Below the pieces are notes generated by a model. That model was not told the origin of the DNA. It saw only the letters and a list, made by a program, of their open reading frames with translations, and did not search any database. This document shows, one piece after another, positions 46,951 to 58,127 of a DNA stretch of 64,000 nucleotides; the stretch's first letter is position 1, and every line of letters starts with the position of its first letter. The stretch is from contig CALKWN010000065.1 of NCBI GenBank assembly GCA_938004185.1, positions 633,943 through 697,942 of the forward strand, in the 5' to 3' direction. Both the position numbers and the translations under genes were made by a program. The stretch comes from an uncultured candidate division WWE3 bacterium. GTDB lineage: Bacteria > Patescibacteriota > WWE3 > UBA101185 > UBA10185.

Positions 46951-49900
46951 ATGAGACAAAATCGATTAGTAAAATGCGCTGTTTTTTCATTTTTTATGGT
47001 TGTTGCCGGTGCGTTTTTTGTGCCGGGCAGAGTTTTTGCTGAAGAGTATGTAGACCCCATGTCAATATTTGAACCCGGTACTACCTGTTTAAAACCCGAA
47101 GATCCGAGACTTGCAGTAATCTGCGGCGTTGTTAGAAGTGCGACACCAAGAGACGCGGATGTGTATGAAGGTACTGCAACTAATCCTAATCCCCCGCTTA
47201 AAGGGGTTTCGGTATATATCTACGAATGCTACCCGGATTCCCCGACTTGTAAAAAGAACGGGGCCCTTGCGAATTCTTTTTCATCAACATTTACGGACGA
47301 AAACGGCTATTACACAATAACGATGCGTAAGGTGGGAAACAATCTTGTTAGATATTTGGCTTTTGTATGCGGGGGTAAGCTTGGCGGGTTGTTTAAAGTA
47401 CCTTCGTATGCCAGTTTTAATTTGAACGTTCCGGTTAATTGCCCCGATGTTTCTAATTATTCTGCGCCGGCGGCTTCGTGGGATCCGGTGAATTACTCTA
47501 CCCTAAGCTGTGATATTACAAGAACTGACCCCGACAATTTGGATCTTGAACCTTCTTATGAGGGGAAATTCGGAACGGAGTATCAACCGGTAAACGAATA
47601 TAATTTTTGGCTGGAGATTGACGGGGCGGATGGGAGGTATAAGAAGTACTTAGATTGGTTAGGTCTGTACGATCTACTCAATAAACCAACAACTGTTCCG
47701 ACAAAAGGCGCCTTCTACCACGAAGATTGCTTTAGAGTTTATAACGGAAATCTGGACTACGAAAATTTGTGTTATTTCCCAAAAGAAGAAAATTTGGACG
47801 GCTATGAAAAAAGGTTATACAACGACCCCGCTCTCACAACAGCAAACTTTCTCCCCAATATCCCAATAAAAAATTCGCTACTTTTTTTCAAAGATCTGAC
47901 TGCTAGACAAGATGTAGTAAACTACGCCCAGAACCCAACAGCTACCGCCCAATTACTACACACAATATTTAGTAACTGTAAGGGAAATGTGTATTTAAGA
48001 AATAGCGGAGGCAGTATAAAAGATGTACTCCCCGAATGCGATGATCTAAAAGCATGTAATTCCGGTATTTCAGAGACCTCTCTTAACTACAGAAACAGGC
48101 AATACAGCGCCGGGCCCGCGAAGAACCTGGCAAATCCGGCTATCCTACAAGATGAAACAGCATACACACTGGACGATAGTATAAAAAATACTTACGTATG
48201 CCAAAGAATGGGCACTCAATATAAAATTGGGGACATACAACCACCCTGGAGTTACTGCAAAGTCGGTGAATCCAACTGCCCTTATAAACTAGACAAATTA
48301 TACTGGAACCCGGAATTTGCTTACTTCTTCGGTGAAAAAGGAACTTCAACTAAGGTCGGGTATGGTTTTGAGGGAAGCAATGATAGTTTTTGGCCACCTG
48401 CCTCCGGAACTAACGAAGTTGTATGGAAACAAAACGAAGAGCGTGCTGGGGTCCCTATAAAAGGCGGCACCTATTACTCTGACAACAATTATGGGTATTC
48501 ACGAAACAATGGACTTACTCCGATGATGGCTGGGATAGCAACAACAGAATTGAGCGGATCGGCCTATAACTTAACTTATGTTTTGCAAAGGCCTTTCGAG
48601 ACTAACGAGGATAAATTGATATACGAACAGGGTATTGTAAAGATTGAGGATGCCGGTTCAAACCTAGCGTCCTTTTGCGAAAATTCAAATGTTAACGACC
48701 ACTATAATGTGTTTCCACCCAACGTTGCTGATGCAGCTTATGTAAATACTGATTTTAAAGGTAATGCTGATCATTATTTTGAGTTTGCAGATTCTACAAA
48801 AAATAAGGGGGAACTTACCCCCACTTCAACCATATTCTATACAACAGCGTCAAAAAACCGCGAGATAGCATTAAAATCACTGGATATCGGCATTTTAGAT
48901 AGAGTTGGAAGAGATGTTTTTGACAGCTATCTAACAGCCACATACGGTGGCGGAAAATATGGTGTTTGGGACTTAATTGCAGACCTCATATTCGATCTTT
49001 TTTCTCTAGGAGGCCACGAACACAAATCTTATTTCGACAGAGATGAAGACCATTATAATCTGTCTGTCGCATCGGCTACTTTAAGAGACGATTTAAAATC
49101 TACCTTCTCACTAAGCGAAGAAAACTTTGAACAATTCTTCTTTCTCCCCGACATATCTGACGGAACATTGTTTTACGATGAATGGGGAAAGTGGTTCGAC
49201 GACTGTTATCAAAGAAATGAGGTAGACGTCGGAAAAAAATGCTACAACGATTTCGGCGTCACTAACGTACCAACCGCAATAACAAGAACCTGCCGCGTAG
49301 AACTATGTGAACTTGTAACCCTGAGCAAAAGCATCACATGCGAAGTCGTGAACGGTGTTGTTGTAAGAAATGATGGCGGTGAAAAAATGTCCACTGAACC
49401 GTGTGCTACAACAGGCATAACAGCCGACGCATCGCTTCTTAAAAACGCCATGTACTACTGCGCCACCGAAAAAAAGGATTGTTACGACGGATCTTGGGAT
49501 AAAGATTGCCTGGATTTACGTCTTGATGATGTATTAGAGTGTCCCGATATATCAGAAGATGTTTATTTTCCTGGAGATTACGTAACAGAACCTATTTATA
49601 TGGGCGGTATGTGGCTAACGGTAAATAAAGGCATTTGTTCCGTAAAAACGGGCTCTCCTGTATATTGGTATGATTTCCCTATAGATGCCTACGATAAATC
49701 TTGTGAGGTAACCGTAAGCGCCTCCAAAACAAAACCCGGCTGCAATATGCAGGACGCGGGACCTTATCTCTGCGCCGGAAGCACGCACAAAGACGCCAAC
49801 TTCAAAGCCACTCAAGAAACATTCAGAATAAACACTACCGACGTTCCGCTCGATAGCACAAAAACGGTAAACAACGAGATATGGAAAAAAATGGCTCACC

Positions 49901-50820
49901 CATTCAGCAGTAAAACCTATGACTCCCTGGCATTTCAATCCGCAAACACTTCGGTAAGTTTAGATACAAATACTAATGTAGCAAGAAATAAAAATAAGGA
50001 CACCGTCGCTTTCGGCGGCGCCTCCCCCGAATATAAAATGATATCAGCCCACCCCCTATACACCAACTACTACGACGGAGGGGAGGAGATTTTCTATCAC
50101 TGCATAAACAGCGATGGTTTAAGTAATTACTCAGGAGACTGGAACTGCCCGTTACTGGAAGTGCCCGATCCCGAAATAATAGATTTATTCGACGATAGCG
50201 TAACAAATAATCTAAAGTCGGCCTGTCAGTTAAATACTTCTGCCAGCTGCATTAGCAGTTACGATACTTCAGGTGTAATGGGGGCATTCAACCCGACATT
50301 TATAAGAGTGCTGGACATGGCAGCCAGTGAGTACGATGTGCCTGCGGCATTAATACTCGCCTATCTTGCTGTAATACATAAACCGGAAATGGCTTTGTAT
50401 CAAAATCTGTTTTCTCTTTCCGGAGATCAGGCGTTATTTGATGCAAGTGCTCCGTGGTATGGAAGGGTGCCCAGATGTGATGACACAAATATCGCTGCTA
50501 TCGGACCGTATGACTGGATTGCGCAGTGGTTCCCCAAAGAAGAGATAGGTCCGGCTTTGGACGAACTTTCTGACGGTAGAAGTGAAACCGCTTCGAGATG
50601 TAATTTCTTGGATGCTACCTATGCTGCCGCGTATTCATTAAGATCTGTGGGCACTACATGTGAGAGTTATACGTGGGACATTGCGAAAATTTCACTACTC
50701 AACCTAACACTAGGATTCTACAGAACCGAAGATTACAACCCTGACAGCAACCCGGATACCACAACAACAGGAGACTACGTTGTACAAAGAGGGTCTGTGG
50801 TTTGGAATAGCTGTAGATAA
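46951..50820 (+). CDS. Very large exported Cys-rich protein with lysozyme-like C-terminus
   Basis: Signal peptide, TDENGYY beta-sandwich motif, many Cys, AASEYDVPAALI...AIGPY...CNFLDA. Confidence 0.6.
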   Translation: MRQNRLVKCAVFSFFMVVAGAFFVPGRVFAEEYVDPMSIFEPGTTCLKPEDPRLAVICGVVRSATPRDADVYEGTATNPNPPLKGVSVYIYECYPDSPTCKKNGALANSFSSTFTDENGYYTITMRKVGNNLVRYLAFVCGGKLGGLFKVPSYASFNLNVPVNCPDVSNYSAPAASWDPVNYSTLSCDITRTDPDNLDLEPSYEGKFGTEYQPVNEYNFWLEIDGADGRYKKYLDWLGLYDLLNKPTTVPTKGAFYHEDCFRVYNGNLDYENLCYFPKEENLDGYEKRLYNDPALTTANFLPNIPIKNSLLFFKDLTARQDVVNYAQNPTATAQLLHTIFSNCKGNVYLRNSGGSIKDVLPECDDLKACNSGISETSLNYRNRQYSAGPAKNLANPAILQDETAYTLDDSIKNTYVCQRMGTQYKIGDIQPPWSYCKVGESNCPYKLDKLYWNPEFAYFFGEKGTSTKVGYGFEGSNDSFWPPASGTNEVVWKQNEERAGVPIKGGTYYSDNNYGYSRNNGLTPMMAGIATTELSGSAYNLTYVLQRPFETNEDKLIYEQGIVKIEDAGSNLASFCENSNVNDHYNVFPPNVADAAYVNTDFKGNADHYFEFADSTKNKGELTPTSTIFYTTASKNREIALKSLDIGILDRVGRDVFDSYLTATYGGGKYGVWDLIADLIFDLFSLGGHEHKSYFDRDEDHYNLSVASATLRDDLKSTFSLSEENFEQFFFLPDISDGTLFYDEWGKWFDDCYQRNEVDVGKKCYNDFGVTNVPTAITRTCRVELCELVTLSKSITCEVVNGVVVRNDGGEKMSTEPCATTGITADASLLKNAMYYCATEKKDCYDGSWDKDCLDLRLDDVLECPDISEDVYFPGDYVTEPIYMGGMWLTVNKGICSVKTGSPVYWYDFPIDAYDKSCEVTVSASKTKPGCNMQDAGPYLCAGSTHKDANFKATQETFRINTTDVPLDSTKTVNNEIWKKMAHPFSSKTYDSLAFQSANTSVSLDTNTNVARNKNKDTVAFGGASPEYKMISAHPLYTNYYDGGEEIFYHCINSDGLSNYSGDWNCPLLEVPDPEIIDLFDDSVTNNLKSACQLNTSASCISSYDTSGVMGAFNPTFIRVLDMAASEYDVPAALILAYLAVIHKPEMALYQNLFSLSGDQALFDASAPWYGRVPRCDDTNIAAIGPYDWIAQWFPKEEIGPALDELSDGRSETASRCNFLDATYAAAYSLRSVGTTCESYTWDIAKISLLNLTLGFYRTEDYNPDSNPDTTTTGDYVVQRGSVVWNSCR

Positions 50821-50896
50821 CACGGGGTCAAACACAAACTTCCAAGGATACAAACAGTGTGGAAATGTATCGGCAAATTATATCAATGCGGTAATC

Positions 50897-52234
50897 CTAT
50901 CTCTTCTTCTGACCGCCGCCCATAAACTCATCGATTCTTTTTTCCATACCGATACCCAAGCCAAAGCAGTAAAGAACGATAAATACCGGAAGTGCTGAGC
51001 CGAATAACGCCCCTGCGCCGCCTGTTTCAGTAGCATATGCTGTAGCAACCGAGTAAGCGATAATTGTTCCCAGAGGCAATATTATTCCCATCGCAAATAA
51101 TGTAAGGACATATTTACCCATTCTCAAAAACCAGGCTTTAAGTTTATCGTCATTACCCGGAACTGCTCCGAGAGCAAATTCTAAAGGAGCGGTTAAGATC
51201 GAGAATATTATCTTCATGTAAATTACAATTGCTTTGAAGTTAAATATTATTCCTGCGATAAGGAAAATTATGATTATTACCAATATAGCGAGAAGGAAAA
51301 TAGGACCCGTTCCGGCTAACACCAAAAACGGGATCATTAGCGTCCATATCCTTAAAGCAGTGCTAACACTTGTCGGATCAGCACTAGAACCATCTACAGT
51401 ATTAAATACATCTGTAAATAGTGTTCCCGCTAAAGCCCAATTACTCTTAAACAACGTCCAGCCTAAACTTCCTAAAGTCGCTCCGATCGGATAGCTAAAT
51501 GTTATTAATACAATAGCGATGACTATTCTGGGCAAAGCATATTGAACGCTTACAACCAATTGCGAATTTATCTTTCTTCTCAAAATAATAATTATTCCGG
51601 TATAAAGCATTATTATTGCCATTAAAGCGTAGGCAAGATTTCTGAAAACTTTCCATGTGTCTAAAATTGCATTAATAAGGGAATGGCCGTAATCAACGGG
51701 AGCAGCAAAAGTTTTATTTACAACCGGTATTCTTGACATTGTGTCGTTGAAGTAAACAGCTAAGTTTGCCGGTAAAGGCTCACGGGTTGTAAACTCACCT
51801 GTTAAATAAGCCGCTCCAAGTAAAGTACCTGAAGCGCGACTTTGAGAATGTCGAACTAACCAGTTATTACTACTTGCGACAGTAGCATTATCGCCAATAA
51901 TTTGAGCGCACACATCGTCAGATGTTCCGGAACAGCTGTAAAAATTGTCTGTAGCATCATTCGATGGCAAATTGACCTTGCTGGAAATATAAGTTCCGCA
52001 GTTCACGGTCTCGGTAAGACCGTAACCTGTGGTGGTACTATATGCCGAAGTCGCAACAGATGTAACAAAATCTTTAGTAGTTAAAGGTATTCCCAAAACA
52101 TCGCTTAAAAGGTTTTTATCAAACATCCTCTTCTCTACCTCACACATATCGGCAGCAAAAGATTTTGAAGGAATTAAAAATAAAACAAGAGCAAAAACCG
52201 ATAGAGAAAATATAGTTTTGATTGTCTTTTTCAT
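50897..52234 (-). CDS. VirB6/TrbL-like polytopic membrane protein
   Basis: WKVFRNLAY, LPRIVIAIVLITFS, APL...PG...W; pilin-locus context. Confidence 0.6.
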   Translation of the reverse strand: MKKTIKTIFSLSVFALVLFLIPSKSFAADMCEVEKRMFDKNLLSDVLGIPLTTKDFVTSVATSAYSTTTGYGLTETVNCGTYISSKVNLPSNDATDNFYSCSGTSDDVCAQIIGDNATVASSNNWLVRHSQSRASGTLLGAAYLTGEFTTREPLPANLAVYFNDTMSRIPVVNKTFAAPVDYGHSLINAILDTWKVFRNLAYALMAIIMLYTGIIIILRRKINSQLVVSVQYALPRIVIAIVLITFSYPIGATLGSLGWTLFKSNWALAGTLFTDVFNTVDGSSADPTSVSTALRIWTLMIPFLVLAGTGPIFLLAILVIIIIFLIAGIIFNFKAIVIYMKIIFSILTAPLEFALGAVPGNDDKLKAWFLRMGKYVLTLFAMGIILPLGTIIAYSVATAYATETGGAGALFGSALPVFIVLYCFGLGIGMEKRIDEFMGGGQKKR

Positions 52235-52291
52235 GTAAGCCTTTAAATAAATGATTTCCTTTTTGGCACCTAAATTATAGAATACTATTAT

Positions 52292-55200
52292 ATGGTAGAC
52301 AATCCCCTATTTCCAGGGTACAAGCCAAGACGAGAAGGTGATTCAACAAACCCGCTTTATCCGGGATATTCGGAAGGTCAGAGACCTTACAGACCGCCGA
52401 GAGGAACTCCCCTAGGAAGTTTTGAATATAATGCCGATTATTGGCTAAAACAAATAGACCAAATGTCTTTTGATTTCGGAAACATTCCTAAATGGTTTTG
52501 GGAAAGATATGAAAATGACTTTAGAGATAATCTTAAAGCTGTATATAGCCCCGAAGCCGTTCCTATTGAACAGCTAGATGACTACGATCAGGATGTTTTT
52601 CCGGGTGTATCTAACGTAAGTCTTACTCTAGACCCCATCGAATGGAAAGACCCCAAAAAAGTGTTAGAATCCACCGCCAAAAGCTGGATAAGGGCGGGCA
52701 CCGGTCTGCGCTTTAAAAAAGAGGGCTGGGGATTGGAAGCTTGGCCGGTCGACCTTACAGACTATGACACTAATGTTAGAACTTCGATGTGGAAGGTTGC
52801 TTTCGGACTGCAAGATCCGGCGTCTGATCTGGGAAATGCCGGAGCCGAGGCTGTTGTATCAGCAACCAGAGCCAGAGCAGGAGAAGACACCGGAGGAGAT
52901 AGAATTTTTAGATTCACTGAAGCCGATTATATCGTGGGTCCTTTAAAAGGCTACGAATCTATGGCAAAAAAAGCCGTGGAAGCTCAGAGATATATAAAGG
53001 GTGGGCCTAAACGAGACACAAAACATGATGATTTCGCCGGAGCGATGGTCTCCTCAATAAACGAAGAGTTGAACGGAAAGTACGAATTTGTCTTAGACAA
53101 GGTCTCCGGATACAAGCCTGTATACAAAAAGGATCCTACAACCAACAAAATAACAACGGAAATTGAAACAGACGATAAAGGCTACGAAAAGTATCGAAAT
53201 CCACAGACCGAAAAAGAAGCGTACAAAAAAGCAGTTCTTGTTGATGACGGTAAGGGCCAAGGTGGGAAAGTTGAAAAAGAAATATTTGTAGAATACAGAA
53301 CAAGAACGGGTGTTTTTGAGGAACTTTTTGAAAACAAAGATCAAGCAGAAGCTTACAGAAACGCCGCATTAATATTCAAAGAAAAGGAGGATCTGGCCTC
53401 GGATATGGCCCATCCTACTATATCGGGAGCTATATCGGGCCCGTTTGGTATTACATCTGCATTAATGCAGAGAAAGCTGGGGAACAAAAACAAAGAAGCT
53501 ACGATGGAAGGTATAGACGTACCCGGGGGCACTAAAACACGCCTGGAAACAAGAATCGATCTACTAAAAGGAAATATAAACGACAGAGTAAAACCGGGTG
53601 GAAAAATTGACAAGATCGTTAAAAACATAAGAGATATAGATCCTGTTTCTGCGGATGCTGTGCAAAAATATGCAGATCAATATAAAAGCTACCTAACTAA
53701 AGTTAAAGAAGCCTTAGATGCCTATGATGGAAACGACACCGCTCTCCTAAACAAACTAAGCAACATCACTGTAAAAGGAAAGTCTCTCACCGGAGGAACT
53801 CTAGGTAACCCCAGCATCCACCGAGAATTCCTAAGGCAAATCGAAAGCGACATACTAATACCCGGAAAAATCACCAGAGTAGATAAAAAATTCCAGATAG
53901 GAACTTACCTAAAAGATCTTGAACAACGGGCGATGTCCGGAACCAACAAAGCCGGTGAAAAAATTGAACAAATATTCGAGAGAGAAAACCAAGAATACAA
54001 AGGCTTTTTTGCAAATCAGGCCCGAATCGTAGGAGCAAGATTAGAAGTAGATAGAGGCTCTTACGCCATCGAGGAATTCTATGATGCTGTAACACAGGGT
54101 AAGTTCTTAGAAAGATACGTATGGAATAGACTTTCGAAAAAAATGATCGGTTACACTCCCGGAGAACTGGTAAAAAAGGGTCTGGGTAGTGTGGGATACT
54201 TCGGTCTAAACATTGATGACGACGCTATTTCAGACAAACTGAAAAATAATGGTCTGTTCAACAGCATCTTCCGACATAAATTTCAGGTACAAATAGATAA
54301 TAGCGAGGGCGTCTTTGATAAATTTAAAGGTGTCAGTGTAATAAAAACCAAGTTCCTAGGAAGCAAGGATCTGGCAGCTGTAGGAACACTCGGCGGAATC
54401 TTAAGCAATGTAAAACATCTTGAAAACGACGATCTCCTTAAACTAATAACGGGCGATGCAAGACTTGTTGATAGCAAAGGTATAAACAAAGATATTGCGT
54501 GGGTCTTGGGTGCTAGTAAAGGAAAAATCGGAGATAACCAAATAGAAAATTTTTGGGACAAAGTACCCGGATTTTGGAAAAAAGACGAACACCATCTAAG
54601 AAATGTCCAAGAACAAATAGATAACTTTAGAAACTGGCTTATCCTAAACGGCAAAGAGCTCGGAATAACAATAACGGATTTTAAAAACATGAGTGACCCG
54701 GACAGAAAAAAGGTACTCGCACTATTCAACGCACTAAACAAAGAAAACCAATTCTACGGATCACTAAAAATCACAAAAGAATTCTCCGGCGCACTTCAAC
54801 GCATAGGAGTCGGTCTAAATAAACTTCAAGACAAAATTTTCGGCTTCGCCCTATTCCAAAAAACTATAAAGCCTCTTCTGCAAATGAAAAATATTGTTGC
54901 AGAAAAAATATCCGAACTTGTCTCAAAATTTTTAACAGAAATTGCAAAAAAAGGAATTCACGGTTTAACGGGAGGGGCTTCGGTTGTCCTTGACTATTTA
55001 CTAGAAAAAGTTTTGAAACCGGCAATCAGATTTGTAGTAAGAAAAGTCGTAGAATTCGGCCAAAACTTTGTAGGTGCTATCGCGCAGGGAAACATAAGTA
55101 AAGCCATGGAGCAGGCTGACAAAGAGCTGGTGGCGGTCACAAAATTTGCGATGTACGTGATTGGTGTTCCGTTAATAGTTATTTACATTCTTGTTTACGG

Positions 55201-56257
55201 GTTGTTCGGCACTGTTTTGAGTTCTATTTCTCCGGTCGATCCTACAAAAGACAATAGCGGCTATGGGGGCTACCCTGCATACGCGGGATTTCCGCAAGGC
55301 GAAAACAATCTAATAAAAATTGAAAAGGACGTGATAGTAAATGGTGTTACAAATCCGACGGAAAGCATTCCGAATGACCAACTGCCTGTTACAGTAACTT
55401 ACGTTCTAAGGATAACCACAAAAGTGGATCTGGCCATGCCTGTAAATTACACGGATATTGTGAGCCGTATATATAGCGACAACGGCAACACAGCGAGTGC
55501 CACAATAAAAACCTGGACAGACAGCAACCCAGACAGCTATGTAGCCGGCCAAACTACTGAAATTACACTCGACCTTGGAACAATAAATTATAAAGACTCA
55601 TTAATAAAAAATGAATTTACAGTTACTACTCCGGCGTACGAATCTTACACGGAAGATACTGTAAGATTTGTTAGATATTTCAGGATAGGACAACCACCTT
55701 CTAACATTGATTGTTTCGAAATTACCGGACCGAGTCTAACTACTGCCCTCGAAAATGTAACTTTGGATGCTTTGCTCGAGATTGAGCCTAAAACAGGAAT
55801 GTTTCTTAGTAAGTTATGCTCCGGACATACGTGGGAAATTGAATACAACAACAGCATAGACTACTGCGGTTGGGCAGGTACACCCGGCAAGGTTGTGTTT
55901 GGAAGTGGTTGCTCTGCCGCGTATTATTTAAAAGAGGGTGTAATGCCTTACCTGCTTGCACACGAACTGGCTCATAAATACAGGGGTCTTTACAATACCG
56001 CTGAGGCCATTGATGCCAGCATCGCGGGGTTGGATGGGAGAACTCTTCCGACATACGACTTAAATTGTGGGGCCACAGATAACTCACTTTCGGAGGATTT
56101 CTCTGAGACTGTGGGTAATACTGTCAGAATAAACGTGTTCGGGCACTGTGCTTCTTTGATTGTTAGTATGTACCCCGATGCTGCAACTAGATACGAAGAC
56201 TTCTGGACCGATTTTTCCGAGCATCGTAATTATGTACAGGAGGTTACATTTAACTAA
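52292..56257 (+). CDS. Large membrane-anchored protein with Ig-like domain and C-terminal HExxH metallopeptidase
   Basis: TM near residue 960, IKIEKDV...VTYVLRIT, AHELAH...EDFSE. Confidence 0.6.
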   Translation: MVDNPLFPGYKPRREGDSTNPLYPGYSEGQRPYRPPRGTPLGSFEYNADYWLKQIDQMSFDFGNIPKWFWERYENDFRDNLKAVYSPEAVPIEQLDDYDQDVFPGVSNVSLTLDPIEWKDPKKVLESTAKSWIRAGTGLRFKKEGWGLEAWPVDLTDYDTNVRTSMWKVAFGLQDPASDLGNAGAEAVVSATRARAGEDTGGDRIFRFTEADYIVGPLKGYESMAKKAVEAQRYIKGGPKRDTKHDDFAGAMVSSINEELNGKYEFVLDKVSGYKPVYKKDPTTNKITTEIETDDKGYEKYRNPQTEKEAYKKAVLVDDGKGQGGKVEKEIFVEYRTRTGVFEELFENKDQAEAYRNAALIFKEKEDLASDMAHPTISGAISGPFGITSALMQRKLGNKNKEATMEGIDVPGGTKTRLETRIDLLKGNINDRVKPGGKIDKIVKNIRDIDPVSADAVQKYADQYKSYLTKVKEALDAYDGNDTALLNKLSNITVKGKSLTGGTLGNPSIHREFLRQIESDILIPGKITRVDKKFQIGTYLKDLEQRAMSGTNKAGEKIEQIFERENQEYKGFFANQARIVGARLEVDRGSYAIEEFYDAVTQGKFLERYVWNRLSKKMIGYTPGELVKKGLGSVGYFGLNIDDDAISDKLKNNGLFNSIFRHKFQVQIDNSEGVFDKFKGVSVIKTKFLGSKDLAAVGTLGGILSNVKHLENDDLLKLITGDARLVDSKGINKDIAWVLGASKGKIGDNQIENFWDKVPGFWKKDEHHLRNVQEQIDNFRNWLILNGKELGITITDFKNMSDPDRKKVLALFNALNKENQFYGSLKITKEFSGALQRIGVGLNKLQDKIFGFALFQKTIKPLLQMKNIVAEKISELVSKFLTEIAKKGIHGLTGGASVVLDYLLEKVLKPAIRFVVRKVVEFGQNFVGAIAQGNISKAMEQADKELVAVTKFAMYVIGVPLIVIYILVYGLFGTVLSSISPVDPTKDNSGYGGYPAYAGFPQGENNLIKIEKDVIVNGVTNPTESIPNDQLPVTVTYVLRITTKVDLAMPVNYTDIVSRIYSDNGNTASATIKTWTDSNPDSYVAGQTTEITLDLGTINYKDSLIKNEFTVTTPAYESYTEDTVRFVRYFRIGQPPSNIDCFEITGPSLTTALENVTLDALLEIEPKTGMFLSKLCSGHTWEIEYNNSIDYCGWAGTPGKVVFGSGCSAAYYLKEGVMPYLLAHELAHKYRGLYNTAEAIDASIAGLDGRTLPTYDLNCGATDNSLSEDFSETVGNTVRINVFGHCASLIVSMYPDAATRYEDFWTDFSEHRNYVQEVTFN

Positions 56258-56267
56258 AATCTAAACT

Positions 56268-56879
56268 ATGAAAATTGCAAACTTAAACAACATAAAAAAA
56301 TACTGGCCGTTGTTGGTAGCCATTATGATTTTTCTATTTATTTACCAAGCTGCTGTTAATAGACAAAAAGGCTCTCCTACAGAAGAAACTGCGCAGTACA
56401 CGTACATATCAAAACACTCTCAGTTAGCAGAGCACTTTTTGAATGAAGCCGTAGACTACAATCTCTCTGACATAGAAAATCAAAACCCTAATTTAAAAGA
56501 AACTGAAAGGACAACAAACCTATCGGGTTATATTTCTACTACCTACAGAGACGAAAAAGAAACCCCCGTAAGAATATTTTCCGATAGAAACGGAAAGGTT
56601 GTTGCTACAATGAGACCGGTCATCTCCGATTTTGAAAGAAACGTCACGCTACTGAAGAATCGCCTGGATCTGAGCGACGAACCCTCTGCCATAATGTACC
56701 CGTCCAAAACAAGCATCGCGGTTGTACACGTTTACCTGAAAGACGGAATAGCAATATTTTTTGAGGAAGAGTTCGGCAACGTAGAGTATATTATTACTTT
56801 CGGTGAAATGAACTTGAACGAGTTTAAAGCGGTTTTTCAACCTGAGTTGCAGGATGAGAGGAATCCTTTGGCGTACTGA
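56268..56879 (+). CDS. Membrane-anchored hypothetical protein
   Basis: N-terminal TM; directly follows the peptidase gene. Confidence 0.65.
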   Translation: MKIANLNNIKKYWPLLVAIMIFLFIYQAAVNRQKGSPTEETAQYTYISKHSQLAEHFLNEAVDYNLSDIENQNPNLKETERTTNLSGYISTTYRDEKETPVRIFSDRNGKVVATMRPVISDFERNVTLLKNRLDLSDEPSAIMYPSKTSIAVVHVYLKDGIAIFFEEEFGNVEYIITFGEMNLNEFKAVFQPELQDERNPLAY

Positions 56880-56911
56880 CAGAGTGTTTAAATAGGCGGG
56901 ACTACGCAGTT

Positions 56912-57355
56912 CTAAGGCTTGGGGGGATTTACTATATCACCAACAAGCTCTTCAATTCCGCCAAAAATATTTCCGAAAATGTCATCAAACCCTATCTTTA
57001 TTCCGAACCAACCTGCAGCTATAGTAAATAATCCGAAAAAAGCCACGACTACCAGAGCACCAAACAAGGCGTAAGTCCAAGTACTTTTTGCCGAATCTAG
57101 GGCACGCGGATCTCCTGTTGCTGTAGAGGCCTTCCACGCACCATATCCGAGAACGGCTACAAAAGCTATACCTACAAGAAAAACCGTCCAATTCATTATC
57201 CTTATAAGAATGGTTTTCATATCACCCAACGAGGGGTTATCCATATCAATATCCGATGCGTAGGATACTACCGAAAAAACTATTAATATAATAAAAGGCG
57301 ATAAAAAGCCTGAAATTTTCTTGAATTTTTGCGTAATTTTAAAAAATTTGTTCAT
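56912..57355 (-). CDS. TrbC/VirB2-like pilin
   Basis: TATGDPRALDSAKSTWTYALFG. Confidence 0.75.
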   Translation of the reverse strand: MNKFFKITQKFKKISGFLSPFIILIVFSVVSYASDIDMDNPSLGDMKTILIRIMNWTVFLVGIAFVAVLGYGAWKASTATGDPRALDSAKSTWTYALFGALVVVAFFGLFTIAAGWFGIKIGFDDIFGNIFGGIEELVGDIVNPPKP

Positions 57356-57361
57356 AAGCTA

Positions 57362-57673
57362 TTAATAAACGTCCTTAACATCCAGCATTGTGAACAGGAC
57401 TGCCTTCACTCCCCAAGCTATAGCACTGACAAGCATGGCTACAAGCGACCAAAATAACGCCCTTTGGGCTCTTTGGACCGCTTTGGGATCACCCCCACTC
57501 GTTAAATATAGAACAAAGGAATAAGCAAAACCAATGGTTGATAAACCCGCGCCTATTATTAAAAACACATTAGCAAAAACTATGGCCAATTCTGCTAAAC
57601 CTTTACCAGGCATAACTCCGGTAGCCACATCCGTACCTCCCACAACATCTTTTAAATAATCAAACGGATTCAA
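57362..57673 (-). CDS. TrbC/VirB2-like pilin
   Basis: YLTSGGDPKAVQRAQRALFW; probable TTG start after GGAG. Confidence 0.75.
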   Translation of the reverse strand: MNPFDYLKDVVGGTDVATGVMPGKGLAELAIVFANVFLIIGAGLSTIGFAYSFVLYLTSGGDPKAVQRAQRALFWSLVAMLVSAIAWGVKAVLFTMLDVKDVY

Positions 57674-57754
57674 TTTCGATTCTCCATGTAAAAACAACAG
57701 GGGCCCGGGCCTACCGGGCCCACTTAACTACTAACTAAAGCGGTGGCCCCAAGG

Positions 57755-58087
57755 TTAATAATCCTCAGCGATATTTTGTCCGCCAAGAAGTGTAAGGATT
57801 ATTGTCCTCAAACCGTAAACGATAAGTAAGCCAACACCACCGATAACTGCATAAGTAAGAGTTTTCTGTGCAGAGTCAACAGCGTTCTTATCACCCTGTG
57901 AAGTTACATATTTAACAAATCCAAGAGCTAACATTACAACAACTACTGCAACACCTACAACAATGATCACGTTTGTGATGACAGTTACTAACTCGTTAAC
58001 GCTAGTCACTGCAATTCCTGACAACGGGTCAGAACTCACAGTTTGAGTTGCGTACACTTTACTCTCAAGAATAGATAATAAGTTCAT
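57755..58087 (-). CDS. TrbC/VirB2-like pilin (possible major pilin)
   Basis: KYVTSQGDKNAVDSAQKTLTYAVIG; GAGGGAGG upstream; GC hairpin downstream (57701-57721). Confidence 0.8.
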   Translation of the reverse strand: MNLLSILESKVYATQTVSSDPLSGIAVTSVNELVTVITNVIIVVGVAVVVVMLALGFVKYVTSQGDKNAVDSAQKTLTYAVIGGVGLLIVYGLRTIILTLLGGQNIAEDY

Positions 58088-58127
58088 AATTAATATTTAG
58101 CTTCTACACCTCCCTCGAAAAAACCTT

